Numbered from the stretch's first letter, positions 12,686 to 26,275 are shown. The stretch: 64,000 bases of DNA from Octopus sinensis (GCF_006345805.1 NC_042999.1:103726001-103790000); one strand, 5' to 3'. The notes: generated from the sequence alone by a model not told the origin. Made by a program: numbers and translations.

Positions 12686-13609
12686 AGTTGGTATTATAAT
12701 TAGAACGGGATTTTTTAAACTTAAAAATTACTTTACTTAATTTCCTTAAGAATATATTACAGATGTTTATATTCTTTGATCTCCCAGCTCATAATATGCT
12801 TACTATGGTAACTGGTCTGTTTTCACACGTGGTGTTATACATACTGTATGTCTCTCTTTTCTAGGAATATATTCGTTTATTGTTTTACATTTAATTTCAC
12901 ACTTTTCTCACGCTGGGGAATAAAAACCTAATCAACAACTTTCTTATATACAACAAATATCACTTGCTAGCATAATTGTTTTGTCGTGAAACAGTTTAGA
13001 GATTAAGACTCTAAGTGCATATATTTGTTTCTTTCATACAAAGCTTGAAATTTGCAGGGAAGGAAAATCGTTTATTATATCGATTCTAGTATTTAACTGA
13101 TACTTTATTTTATCGACCTCGGTGGATTGAACGATAACGCTGAACTCAGTACAATTTGAACTTACGGCATAAAGAGCCGGAATGAAAATCGCAAGGTATA
13201 TTGCCCGACGTTCTGACGATTCCGCCAATTCATTACTCTTTAAATATATATGATAGTGTTTCATGAAAAAAACTAGATCACCTGAGGTTATCTAAGCAAT
13301 CAGTAAATAAAAACTCCCTCCAGTCTTTAAAATCTGAACCAACAAGAAAAATATATAGATTCAATATGACCATTTGGTCGAAATTTTTTTACTAATGTAA
13401 ATTGGAGTGAATCTGGTCTTGCAGTTCAACTGGCTGGAAGCTTTGACATGTTTCGGTTTTGTTTAACTTTCTCAGCAAAGTATATCCCACTCAATAAACT
13501 GGATAGAGTGATGAGCGATCAATACGTGTATATATGTGGGTGTGCTTGTGTGTGTGTATGCATGTATGTATGTATACATGCATACATACGTATACATAAA
13601 CTGTAGTTT

Positions 13610-13954
<345 letters not shown>

Positions 13955-14065
13955 TTGTCCATATTAATTTTATACATATACATAATGCATGAATGTGTGC
14001 GCATCACCCCCACACACATATATAAGTATATATACACGCAAATACATATATATGTGTCTGTACGC

Positions 14066-14097
<32 letters not shown>

Positions 14098-14288
14098 ATA
14101 TATATACATGTATGTAGATATATCTGAAACAGTGAATTTCAACAGTATGGCTGAAAAGTAACACTTCTTCAAAGAGACGTTCTGTATACTAAATATATAA
14201 TTGTGATAAGAATCTCGTATATATTATATAGTGAGTGGGGATTTTTTTTTCTTTTGAACGTATATCATCACAAATTTTAAAACAGCAA

Positions 14289-14520
14289 TTAGCCCTTTTC
14301 ATATCAACCAGCCTGAGACTGCCCCTCGCCCTAAGACTTCATGTTTAAAGTGATCTCATTTAAAACATCCCATAAAACCTCTATGTCAATTTATGTTCCA
14401 AATACCGAAATTTTAATGACGGAACTATTTTACTAAATTCTTCGTTATTTCCAAAATTAGTTGGAACAGAGACAGCTTATTTTCGACATGGTAACAAAAC
14501 AGCGTACATGTGCTTAAATT
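14289..14520 (+). mobile_element. Possible degenerate piggyBac-like MITE fragment
   Basis: Starts ATTAGCCCTTTT (TTAA-CCCTTT-like) and resembles, from memory, a common octopus non-autonomous DNA element; no second TIR seen. Confidence 0.3.
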
Positions 14521-14524
14521 TCGC

Positions 14525-14743
14525 CTAATACTTTCTACAGCAGAGACAAAGCCTGAAATTTTGGTGGACGGGGATATTCGGTTACATCGACTTCAGTGCT
14601 TGACTGTTACATACTTTATCGACCTCGAAAGGATGAAAGGCAAAGTCGACCGCGCTGCGATTTGAACTCAAAGCGAAAGCCAGAAGAAAAACTGCTAAGC
14701 GTTTTATTCCGCATGCTAATAATTATGCTAGTTCGCTGCCTTC
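14525..14743 (-). mobile_element. SINE family A, degenerate
   Basis: Reverse-strand core TCGACCTCGAAAGGATGAAAGGCAAAGTCGAC and B-box ATTTGAACTC. Confidence 0.85.
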
Positions 14744-14844
14744 ATCATATAGCATAATATTTGTTTTTCTTCTATATCTTTATATTTTGCTTGTTATATG
14801 CTCAATTATTTACCACATATATTTCATATAATATGCAAATCCAT

Positions 14845-14998
14845 TGTGCGTTTCTGTGCGTGCGTGTGCCTGCGCGTGCGTGTGCCTGCGCGTGCGTGTG
14901 CGTGTGCCTGCGCGTGCGTGTGCCTGCGCGTGCGTGTGCCTGCGCGTGCGTGTGCCTGCGCGTGCGTGTGCCTGCGCGTGCGTGTGCGTGTGCGTGCG
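14845..14998. repeat. GC-rich (GTGCCTGCGCGTGC)n-type minisatellite
   Basis: Directly visible repeated unit. Confidence 0.92.
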
Positions 14999-16729
14999 AG
15001 GATGTTTGAGAATTTGACATTTCGCATTGAATCTACTTTCCCGTTGATAATGAGTCACCCTCAGTGCTTAGCCCCCAGGTGTTTCCTGTAAAGATTCAAA
15101 ATTAACATGCTTAGTATTGATTAATAATTTTTTTCTTTAATTGATATTTGATATAACACAGCCCAAAGAAATGCCGGTCTGCATGGAAAATACAAACATG
15201 CGATTTTATAAAATTCGAAGCATTGAATAAATATACTCATGTTCCAACAACTGATCCACTTCCTTGAGCCAACGGGAAGCCTCTGCGCAGCAGCACGATC
15301 TGCTAGAAGTATCAGCCTAATATTTATTAGTTTGTTTGTATGTTTATCTATCCATCTATCTATCCATCCATCTATATCGGTCGACCTATATCCTTCTATC
15401 GATCCATCTACCTATCCATCTGTGTACGATCCATTTATCTGTTTGTCTATTTGTCCATCTGTCTATCTATCTATCTATCTATCTAACATTCTGTTTCATA
15501 CTCTCTCTCTCTCCCTCTCTCCCTCTCCCTCATTTTCTCCCTGAGATTACATCATACAGTCACTCAACCACCACCAAATAAGAAATAAATAAATAGGAGG
15601 CATTGAATAATGTAATTCTATGCATGCTACACATAAATACATAAATGCGAGGCAAAGCTGAGTAGTAACGAAGTTCATTTTGCTATCATTAGGTTCCAGG
15701 TTCGAACCTGTTGTCTAGCACTTTTGACAATTGACTTTTACAATTGACTAACGTAGGTTCATACCTAGTGATCGAAACTGAAAATTGGGAACTGAATCGA
15801 AGCCCAATAATTCAAAGGTTCAACCATTTCAAATGCTGCCATGTTGATTCGGTCTGTGAAATACTCAACCAACTTTCACGTTAAGTTGCCAAGTAGAATA
15901 GACTGAATAATTGCCGTCGAAACCGACGGAGAAGCCGTAATTACACTCCCAATATAAAAAGACAACAGCATGATCACGGATCGAACGCCTTTCATCATAT
16001 TACATTTACAAGAACCGATCCAAACTATTCCATTCATTTGCTATGTTCCTTCTTTAAAATAATAACTCTCATTGAAATTACATCATTTCTTTTATATGTT
16101 TTTTATTCGTTGTTTCTTTTATTTTATATTTATTCATTTATTTATCTTATTTATTTATTTATTACTTTCAATCTCTATTTTGATTTATATCTCGCATTAT
16201 GTGTGTGTGTGTGTGTGTGTGTGTTTTCTTAAGCAGTGAATCGAATTTTTTTTATTATTATTAATCATCTTCCCATTCTTGTAACTAATGATCAAACAAA
16301 CACAAAAGATTTTTTTAAAAATTAAAAACTTTACAAAAAAACAGAAAAGCGGAAAGATTCAATCGCTTAATCTTCCAATAAAATTTAAACAACTTTAAAT
16401 AAACAGAACCACCATTTTGTTGTGGGGCTTTATTTATTCTTTTTTTAATTTTGTTTGTTTGTTATTTCTTGTTCTTTTTCCATTTCGTTCGATATTATAA
16501 CTGAACTTCTTCATACTACTACTACTACTACTACTACTAAGGTAGATGAGGCTCTTTTCATCCTTTTTGTGCCCTTATTATTATTGTTGAGGACAAAATA
16601 TTGTAAAAAAATTCTTCATGATTATGATCATCATAATAATAATTATCATTAATGCTATCAATAATAGCTTCGATATTGTATTTATTATCATTATTATTAT
16701 TATTATTATCAATAAGTACCATTTGGGTA

Positions 16730-17435
16730 ATGGAGTCGATGTAATCAAGTATCCCCCTCCTCGTGCCTATAGTAGAAAGGATTTTCGTTTGTCTCTACGT
16801 TTGTCTCTGAGTTCAAATTCCACCGAGTTCCACTTTGTCTTATTATCCTTTCTGGGTCGATAAATTAAGTACCAGTTGAGTACTTGGGGTCGATGTAATC
16901 GACTTAACCCCTCCCTCGAAGTTGCTGGTCTTGTGTCAAAATTTGAAATCATCATCGCCATTAAGATGATGATGATGAGTAAAGTTGCGAACTAGCAGAA
17001 TCGTTAGCACGCCGAACAAAATGTTTAGCGATATTTCGTCCGTCTTTATGTTATACGAGTTCAAATTCCGCCGCGGTCGGCTTTGTCTTTCATTCTTTCG
17101 AGTTCAATGAAATTAAGTGTCACTTCAGTATTGGCAGGAGGGATCGATGTAATCGACTATTCCTTCACCCAAAATTTCAGGCCTTGTGCCTATAGTAGAA
17201 AGGATTAATATTATTATAAGTAGGAAGGCAGCGGGCTGGCTGAATCGTTAGCACGCCGGGCAAAATGCTTAGCGGTATTTTGTCCGTCTTTATGTACTGA
17301 GTTCAAATTCCACCGAGGTCAATTTTACCTTTCATCCTTTCGAGGTTGATAAAATAAGTACCATGTTGAGCACTGGGGTCGATGTAATCAATTTAAACTT
17401 CTCCTGAAATTTCAGATCTTGTATCTACAGTAGAA
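16730..17435 (+). mobile_element. Head-to-tail cluster of three SINE family A copies
   Basis: GAGTTCAAATTCC and GGGTCGATGTAATC motifs recur at ~16810, ~17058 and ~17300, separated by short ATT/ATC tracts. Confidence 0.85.
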
Positions 17436-18188
17436 ATGAATCGCAGCACCACCAGCAGCAGCAGCAGTAGTAGTAGTAGTTGTAGTAGTAGTAGTAGTAG
17501 TAGTAGTACTAGTAGTAGTAGTAGTAGTAGCAGTGTAACCATTCCTTCTCTATTGCTCAGCTCAGTCATTAGTTCTCCATCTGTCTCTTACAAACCTACA
17601 CCCATTCATATACGCAAGTACACAAATAAACACACACATGCATCAATACAGGCGTGCGCACGCGCTAACAGACGCACACATGCATCCATACATACTACAT
17701 GAGAGACATCTGTTTCTGTACACTGTTTTCTTTAGAAGCTTTATTTTTAGTTTATCACCATTGTTCCGTATGCTACCACATTTTTAAATTTAATTTCAAG
17801 TTTATGCTTCCATAATTTTATCTTTTATCCTTCAATTACTAAATCGTCTGCTTTATTGATTTTTCGAATCTCCCATACTTCGAAAGCAGGGAGAAAGACA
17901 AATAAAAAGAAAAACAATAACAAGAAAAGAATTATTACAATAAATCTATCCAAGTAATATATTTTGTATATTACTAATTGCTATCCCATGGGATTGATTA
18001 ACAACAGATTAGGCGATAAAACTATGTAGCACATACATTCTAGCTCGCATATATACATCCACATATACATGACAGGAAATGAATTGGAAAACACAATCAC
18101 AACTATTCATGATTTTATATACAAATACGAGTGTATCTATAGACATTCGCGCGCACACACACACATACATACACACACAGAAACAGGT

Positions 18189-18333
<145 letters not shown>

Positions 18334-18573
18334 AAGAAAGAAAGATATATATATATAAGGCTAATTATGGGTAAATTTATGCTTTACCCCCTGCCCTCCA
18401 ACAGTAAGCACTTAGATATAAATACATAGGTATACATCCAGTAGTATATTGGATATCTGTTATCTCTTGGATGATTGTTTATGCGTGTATGTGCATCTGC
18501 GTATATTAATAGAAGAACTGAGACCGAAACTACATCCAATGCATATATATTTGCCGACATATGCATACACGAA

Positions 18574-18639
<66 letters not shown>

Positions 18640-19030
18640 TCACCATTATTGATGGCTTCCTCATATTCTTTTCTGTTGAAGATTGTAGGCTCGAAACAAA
18701 AGACTTTCTCACTTTCCCGAACGTCATACTAATTGTTGTTCATATACCTATTAACACCTGCTTGTTGTTCATATACCTATCTTCGTCTTTTGTTTTTCGG
18801 TAGATTTCAACTATGTATATATGTGTATGTCTTGTCACCCTCCTGTAGTAATTAAAAATCTGATAGCTAATATTAGTAACAGAGTGTCTAACCTGTCTTC
18901 TTCCAAAGAAAATTTCTTGTGTGTGCGCGCGTGTTTGTTTATGTGTGTGTATGCATCTTTTATCTTACACACACTCTTGCAAATACATACACATACGCAC
19001 GCGCATACACATATATATGTGTGTATGTGC

Positions 19031-19088
<58 letters not shown>

Positions 19089-20068
19089 CGACCAGTTAAT
19101 ACAAAGGACAATGAACATGTGCGTGTACGTCATAATTATTTGAATGATAAAACGTTTAATAGAGGTGAGAAGTTAGGCAAACGATCTAAAGTTATGTTAA
19201 TAAATGAAAACAAGAAGAAAAGAATCGGTTTACTATCCTTATTTTGTTTAATAATCTTACATTTCGAGAAAGCTTTCCCCTTTCAAATTGAGGAAAGAAA
19301 ATTATCAAAATATTCGGAGAACTGAGTAGTTACTGGCGGGCCAGTCTATAATGGAAACAACGCATTTCTCCGAAGACTTCTTTATTTCCTCTATTGCTAT
19401 TTCGATGAGGAAGTAGATCGCAGATATGTGACTGCTGAAACAGCTGTAAGAAGCTACTTGTACTCCTTCTTATATCTTTCCTCCTTTCTTCTCATCCAGC
19501 TTTAGATTCTACCTACGATGACAAGCTTTACATAATACAAATAATTTGGAGTTATTGTAAAACTGTTCCATTAGAAAGAGAATTCTAGCATATACTATAA
19601 CCATTATGAACTTTCCTCGGCTGATCTTTTATCGATATCTTGTGATCTGTAACGATTCTATCCTCGTTTTTAAATATATGAATGCCATATCACATTATGA
19701 CACCAGTTGTTTGGCTGCTTTTAGATTTATTCTATTCTGTTGTGTGTGGGGGGTGTAAGAATACAGGAGTTAAGGAATGGAGTAGATAAGATTCAGGCCA
19801 CATATGTTTCATAACGAGCGGAACCTTGGAAGAGATAAATATCCAAGCGAAGTGTATACTGCAGGCTATTCGTCCATGTGTTAGCATGTACCTCTTTGTG
19901 ACAATGTAAACTTTCATTTAATCAAGTTACCCTTGACCTGATGAGTATCCTGCGGTATGCACCTTGCTTGGATATTTACCACTTCCGGGGTTCCGCTCAC
20001 TATGAAACATATATAGATGCATAGAGAGACAGACAGACAGATATGTAATATGTATGTATGTAATATTT

Positions 20069-20290
20069 AGGGTGGTGAGCTGGCAGAATCGTTAGTACGC
20101 CGGGCGAAATGCTTAGCAGTATTACGTCTGAGTTCAAATTCCTCCGAGATCCACTTTGCCTTTCATCCTTTCGGGGTCGATTAAATAAGTACCAGTTACG
20201 TACTGGGGTCGATGCAATCGACTTAATCCCTTTGTCTGTCCTTGTTTGTCCCCTCTATATTTTCCCCCTGTGAGCAATAAAGAAATAAGT
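20069..20290 (+). mobile_element. SINE family A
   Basis: Head, core and TTTGTCTGTCCTTGTTTGTCCCCTCT tail match 12315-12545. Confidence 0.9.
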
Positions 20291-20339
20291 ACATGCATAC
20301 AGGTAGACAGATATATAGATAGATAGATAGATAGATAGC

Positions 20340-20433
<94 letters not shown>

Positions 20434-21075
20434 TGCACTGGTACCAGCATACTGCTCAGTGCACAGATATACATTAATGTGCTTACACACTTCTGTATCG
20501 GCGATATGATAGGTTTATATGTGAGTAAATGAGATTAGAAAATTCTCGTCGATAAATAGCAGGACACAGAAATAGAATCAGCGACAGGGTGTAGTAAAAA
20601 TCAATAGCTATAAATTATGAATGAGTTTTCATTTGAATAACATTCAACGAATTAATTTTTACCGGTCTTTTTCAACGAAACGTCCGTTGCAAAGGAGACC
20701 ATTGGGAAATGAGATGGAGTAGAACCGAACTAAAGTACAACGTGTAACATCTTTCAACGAACGTCAAGGTTTTAGGGAATGGTTATTAGACGCTTTTTGT
20801 TTATCGTTTACTGCTGATAAAGTATTGATCTTTAGTTTACGTCTTCTTGATGTTGAGCTATTTACAGAGTAATTAGAGAATATTTATTGCAAGTCGAATC
20901 TAAAATGAAACGGAAGAATCTTTGATTGCTACTGTTCCGTTTAAGAGACTTCTAGCAGTTTTTACATCTCGTTTCAGTGATGTTAGGTTTTTCTCAAATG
21001 GTTAAGAGTGAAAATGAATGCATGGAGAAATAAGACCAGAAAAATAAATCGCACACCCAAAATGTTTACTCTCCA

Positions 21076-21111
<36 letters not shown>

Positions 21112-21135
21112 ATTATTATTATTAGTGAATTGAGC

Positions 21136-21336
21136 CCATATTGTGTCTTTCTCTTCAGGAAGAAATAGGAAATCAGTTGGAAAAAACAAAAACAGAACAG
21201 AGGCGGAGCAAAACAAATCGAGTTTGGCCATGGGCTCTTAGGAGCCTCGTTCGATTTGTTTTGCTCCGCCTCTGTTCTGTTTTTGTTTTTTCCAACGGAT
21301 TTCCTATTTCTTCCTGAAGAGAAAGACACAATATGG
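21136..21336. repeat. Near-perfect 86-bp inverted repeat (hairpin)
   Basis: 21136-21221 is the reverse complement of 21251-21336 with one mismatch; 29-nt loop. Confidence 0.95.
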
Positions 21337-21600
21337 TCTCCTTATTCAATCGGAATTTGGTAAATTGTGCCTTTCGAAACACGTGTAGAATGCAATAAAA
21401 CGATTTCTGTTCAATCTTCGTTCAACTCCATTTCTTCAATTCACTAATAATATTAAAATTCAATTATCCGCACCAACGCACGGTTGCAACACCATATGGT
21501 TGTACCTCCAACCGTGCCGTCTTCTGCTGTGATTTTTGCTACCAAGGTATCGGTTAAACTTTTGATTAATCTGCAACAAGATTATTCATCTTTCTATTTC

Positions 21601-21690
<90 letters not shown>

Positions 21691-21697
21691 TGATGTG

Positions 21698-21848
21698 CTT
21701 CGTTTAGTTTCCGTTTGCCAAACCCACTCACAATGCCTTGGTCACCCCGAGGCTATAGTAGAAAATGCTTGCCCAATGTGCCACACAGTGGGACTGATCC
21801 CGGAACCATGAGGTTGGGAAGCAAGTTTCTTACCCCGCAGTCACGCCG
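21698..21848 (-). mobile_element. SINE family B 5' part
   Basis: Reverse complement of the tRNA-like head seen at 5152 and 31000-31152. Confidence 0.85.
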
Positions 21849-22356
21849 TACCCGACCTTGCATGGGTTTATTTTCACTTTAAAAGGATACATAAATTATT
21901 TATATTTCGGATAAATTACTTTAAAGTAAAATCACCGATAATCTTCAATTGGTCCAGCAATGTCGATTCAATCAGAATGTCGAATCCAAGTCAGGCAGAA
22001 GATCGTTCAAATTTAGCTTCATAAAAATACCAAAAATAAACAAACGTAGGATCTAGAATACTATTTTACACATATTCTTTTCCAGGAATACATGCATTTT
22101 TACAAAATACTATGCTAATTTACATAATTACTCTAAAGGAATTATTTTGAAAAAAAACTGTTTTGTGAGAAAATTAAAAAATTTAAGCGTTAACTTTTTC
22201 ACTTACAGTCTTTTTTATTTTATTTTTTTTTTCATCTTTTCAGAAATTCTTTTATTTTTAATTTGTGTTTATGAATTCGTTTTGCGAGATTCCTGATGTG
22301 AAATCATGTGTTGAAACAGATATCGTTATTTTTTTTCTTGCCAAATAAACACACGC

Positions 22357-22700
22357 ACTATATATTCGTTCTTCACTTGTTTATTATTGTTCTTATTTTA
22401 TGTCCATTGTCTGGAAATCTTTCGTCACACATCTTGTAACCACTCAACGACTTCCCATCTCTGTTGTCTCCTGTTCTGTTTGGTCCATTCTGCCTTTTTA
22501 AAAAGACAGAATGGACTAAATAGTACAGGGGGACACACGTGAGATGGAAAGTTGCTCTGGAAAGACAGAAATTACTAAACAGAACAGGAGGAGACACGTG
22601 GGATGGAAAGTCTCTGAAGATGTCACCGGTGTGTGACGAAAGATTTCCAGACCATAGACATAAAATAAGAACAGTAATAAACAAGTGAAGAATATATAGT
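22357..22700 (+). mobile_element. TA-flanked foldback element carrying a hammerhead motif (PLE inverted-pLTR-like)
   Basis: 22369-22431 vs 22630-22692 are complementary with about 3 mismatches. Central palindrome at ~22478-22520 and an internal ~60-bp duplicated unit. Confidence 0.75.
22610..22652 (+). ncRNA. Minimal type I hammerhead-ribozyme-like motif
   Basis: CTGAAGA (22614-20), T, stem II GTCAC/GTGAC, GAAA (22638-41), short stem III AGATTT, putative cleavage C at 22647, stem I GTCT/AGAC with a one-base bulge. Confidence 0.55.
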
Positions 22701-22994
22701 GCGTGTGTTTATTTGGCCAGAAAAAATGACGATCTCGAAATACAAAATAATATTTTTAAAAGAATATATCAATTTACACAATTATACAAAATTAATAAAT
22801 TGTTTAGTCAGTAATTTCCTTCTATTGTACGTTTCTTGGAAGTACACAATGTCCTCAGTTTTGCTGTCACATAGCTTATGATCATATTGTGAAGTGCGCC
22901 CATATGAAAAATTTCAGGTATCTATCATACAACAGAATATGCACATATATATTCACATTTTCATTGAGAAGGTTTATGAATGTATATTGTGCAC

Positions 22995-23070
22995 TTGTGT
23001 GCAGGTGCGCACGTGTGTGCAGGTGCGCACGTGTGTGCAGGTACGCACGTGTGTGCAGGTGCGCACGTGT
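22995..23070. repeat. 18-bp minisatellite (GTGTGCAGGTGCGCACGT) x4
   Basis: Directly visible repeats. Confidence 0.92.
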
Positions 23071-23154
23071 GTGTGTATACCATAGTATATGTGTATCTGA
23101 ATGTACGTTTGTGTCTGCATACATGTGTGTGCGTACACTGATACATATATATAT

Positions 23155-23188
<34 letters not shown>

Positions 23189-23790
23189 GGGTCATCCCAT
23201 GAATAATGCAGCTTTTTCAATTGCATGAACTAAAAGTCAGAGGGGAACGGGATAAACTACCTGCATCAACTTGCTACAAAAGCAAGTAGTAATGTTACCT
23301 TGTACTTATTCTTAGTGCAAGTTTCGAAGAGTGCAGTTCGATTGTAATTTTTTCAAAGCCGTAATGGAAGTGACAAAGGAGCATAATCGGCATATTTTGC
23401 TTTATGAGTTCAATAAAGGCAACAATGCAACGGAAATTGCGAGGAATATTAATGCAGTACATGGGGATCGGACAATAAGCGTAAGCCAGTGTCCAGAAAT
23501 TTCGAGCCGGAAACTACAGCGTAGAAGATGAGCCTCGACCTGGAAGATCTGTAAAGATCGACGATGACGTCCTGCAAATCCTGGTGGCATAAAATCCAAT
23601 CGTAACTTTTGAGGAAATAGCAAAGAAGCTTGGATCTGGTTATTCAACCATTCACCAACACATTGTGCCATCAGAAAAGTTAGCAAATTGGGTCAATGAG
23701 TTCCTCACAAACTTTCCGAGGCTAATCACGCGCAGAGTGAATGAATGCGCTTTTTTACTGTCACGTCTCACGAATGAACTGATTCTCTTA
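23189..23790 (+). mobile_element. Decayed mariner (Mos1-like) transposon 5' half
   Basis: Begins after TA. From ATG 23364: MEVTKEHNRHILLYEFNKGNNATEIARNINAVHG, then frameshifted EDEPRPGRS...DDDVLQ...NPIVTFEEIAKKLG...KLANWV, the mariner HTH region and WVPHEL-like motif. Confidence 0.85.
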
Positions 23791-23946
23791 CCTTCTTTCA
23801 CCCTTCCTTGCCTCAACACTCCCTATACCCTCCACCAAGCCTCCTATTTCCTCCATTGTAAGATCCAAGAATCTAAGTATAGGAGCTAGTAAGCTTCGAG
23901 CAGTCTGTGAGAGATATAAAAAAGAACTTTCAGGAACAATACTAGT

Positions 23947-24350
23947 TTATTCTTTTCTACTCTAGGCACAAGGTCCGAAATTTTCGGGGAGAGGGCCAGT
24001 AGATTACATCGACCCCAATACGCAAGTGTTACTTAATTTATCGACCCCAAAAGGATGAAAGGCAAAGTCGACCTTGGCGGAATTTGAACTCAGAATGTAA
24101 AGAGAGACGAAATACCTATTTCTTTACTACCCACAAGGCGCTAAACACAGAGTGGGCAAACAAGGACAGACAAACGGATTAAGTCGATTATATCGACCCT
24201 AGTGCGTAACTGGTACTTATTTAATAGACCCCGAAAGGATGAAAGGCAAAGTCGACCTCGGTAGAATTTGAACTCAGAACGTAGCGGCAGACGAAATACC
24301 ATTAAGCATTTCGCCCGGCGTGCTAACGTTTCTGCCAGCTCGCCGCCTTA
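23947..24350 (-). mobile_element. SINE family A, dimeric form
   Basis: Same two-unit structure and internal junction as 12315-12685, on the reverse strand. Confidence 0.9.
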
Positions 24351-24654
24351 CAATAATATTTTATTGACGTAAAAGTTGAAGACTTTTCTCATTTGAAGTT
24401 CAATAAGCTGGAATGGAGCAGGTAAAATCCAGGCTACATATGTTTCCTAGCTAGCAGATCTTCGGAAGTAATAACTACTCAACGAGGAGTACTCCCCAAG
24501 CTATTCACATATAACAAAAGTATCTTCGGGCTGATGAGTAGCTAGTGGAGTACCCCCTCGTTGAGTATCCCATTCCCTCTGTGTTATTCTCTTTGTTCTC
24601 TCTTTCACTGTTTTTACTGTCTTGTTTTGTTCTTATTGTTCTATTCTTGTTACC

Positions 24655-24920
24655 ACTTTTACCCCTCCGCAAAAAATCCCAAATTTTATTTAATTTGCTT
24701 TGCGGGAAGGACTGTTTCAACGAAGTTGCGTCTTGTCCTTACCTTCGAAACGCGGAGTAGACGAAGTAGGGACAACTGAAGAAGGAAATATTTCTTATGT
24801 TGTATGTCCTGTACTCTGTTTTTTCGTTGTTTGAAAAATAGTTCGTTTCCATTTTTTTGTTTTTATGTTTTCGTTTCTCATTGTATTCAACGTTTTTTGA
24901 TGTCCTGTACCCATATATGC
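24655..24920 (+). repeat. Unclassified dispersed repeat, copy 1
   Basis: Shares AAATCCCAAATTTTATTTAATTTGCTTTGCGGGA and GGACAACTGA.GAAGG...TGTCCTGT with a reverse-strand copy at 26020-26275. Confidence 0.7.
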
Positions 24921-25013
24921 ATGTATATATACATATAGATGTAGGTATGTACATATATGTATGTATATATGCTTATATATATATATATATTATATATATA
25001 TATAATATATATC

Positions 25014-25157
25014 ATGGCACTCCGTCGGTTACGACGACGTGGGTCGCAGTTCATCCTATCAACAGAACAGCCTGCTCGTGAAATTTACGTGCAAGTGGCT
25101 GAGTACTCCACAGGCACGCGTACCCTTAACGTAGTTCTCGGGGAAATTCAGCGTGAC
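25014..25157. mobile_element. SINE-like repeat fragment
   Basis: CACTCCGTCGGTTACGACGAC...CCCTTAACGTAGTTCTCGGGG resembles, from memory, an abundant octopus repeat; flanked by TA arrays. Confidence 0.55.
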
Positions 25158-25262
25158 ATATATTTATGGAGAGTGGGAGAGAGGGGGTTAGATAGATAGA
25201 TGAGTATGTGTGTCTATGTGAAGGTATGTGTATGTATGTATGTATATATATATATATATATA

Positions 25263-25311
<49 letters not shown>

Positions 25312-25735
25312 GATAATATTGATAGATGATGATGATGATGGCGATGACCCTCATCATCATCCTTTTTTTCACCACAACAGGGACTAATAGAAATTTGAAA
25401 ATGGTATAATTAGTCCATGAAGATGGTTGTCGTATGAAATATAAGAAAAGTGAATGAAAGAGCAAAAGGATGAAAAAAAAAGGAATGAACCAAAGTGCTT
25501 GGAATAAAGAGAACAAAGAACTTGAGAAAGAATACTATTGATTTGGAAGCTCGATATTTTTGCTGGAAAGTAATTGTCTTTATATTTACATTAGTTTCCG
25601 ACGAATGCTGTGGAAACGGAGGAAGTAAACATATATTTTCTCATATCTCAAAGTGCTTCTCTATCAATGTTTCCTACTTTCTTTCTGTCACTCACTAAGT
25701 ATGTATGTATGTACATATATATATATGTTTATATA

Positions 25736-25788
<53 letters not shown>

Positions 25789-25818
25789 CATACATACATA
25801 CATACATACATACATACA

Positions 25819-25850
<32 letters not shown>

Positions 25851-25905
25851 ACTTACTTAGGAAAGGATTTGTGGTGTTCAATCATACAATAATATAAATA
25901 ATATA

Positions 25906-25949
<44 letters not shown>

Positions 25950-26019
25950 TGCATATATACATAGGTATACGTACATACTTACTTACATTTAGGTATATGC
26001 ATATGCATATGTGGGCACA

Positions 26020-26275
26020 GGACGTCACAAAACGTAAACCACAAAAAATACGAAGTACGAAGACATAGAATATGAACTTTTTTGCGAGCAACGAAAGAAA
26101 TTAATGGAAAACAAGATAAACAACACAAAGAACGACCCTTCATCAGTTGTCCGCTGTTTTTCTAATCCGTATTACAAGCCTTTCACGACAGGATACACCT
26201 TCGATAAAATAGTTGATCCCGCAAAGCAAATTAAATAAAATTTGGGATTTTGCAGATGGTCAAAGATACATTGGT
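26020..26275 (-). repeat. Unclassified dispersed repeat, copy 2
   Basis: Reverse-complement similarity to 24655-24920. Confidence 0.7.

Noticed and set aside
21312-21340. CTGAAGA-GAAA-GAC...GTC-TC as a hammerhead in the 86-bp hairpin
   Set aside because: Stem II is entirely absent and stem I does not pair; likely coincidental.
24531-24560. CTGATGAG motif as a hammerhead core (also at ~19937)
   Set aside because: No GAAA after a paired stem II.
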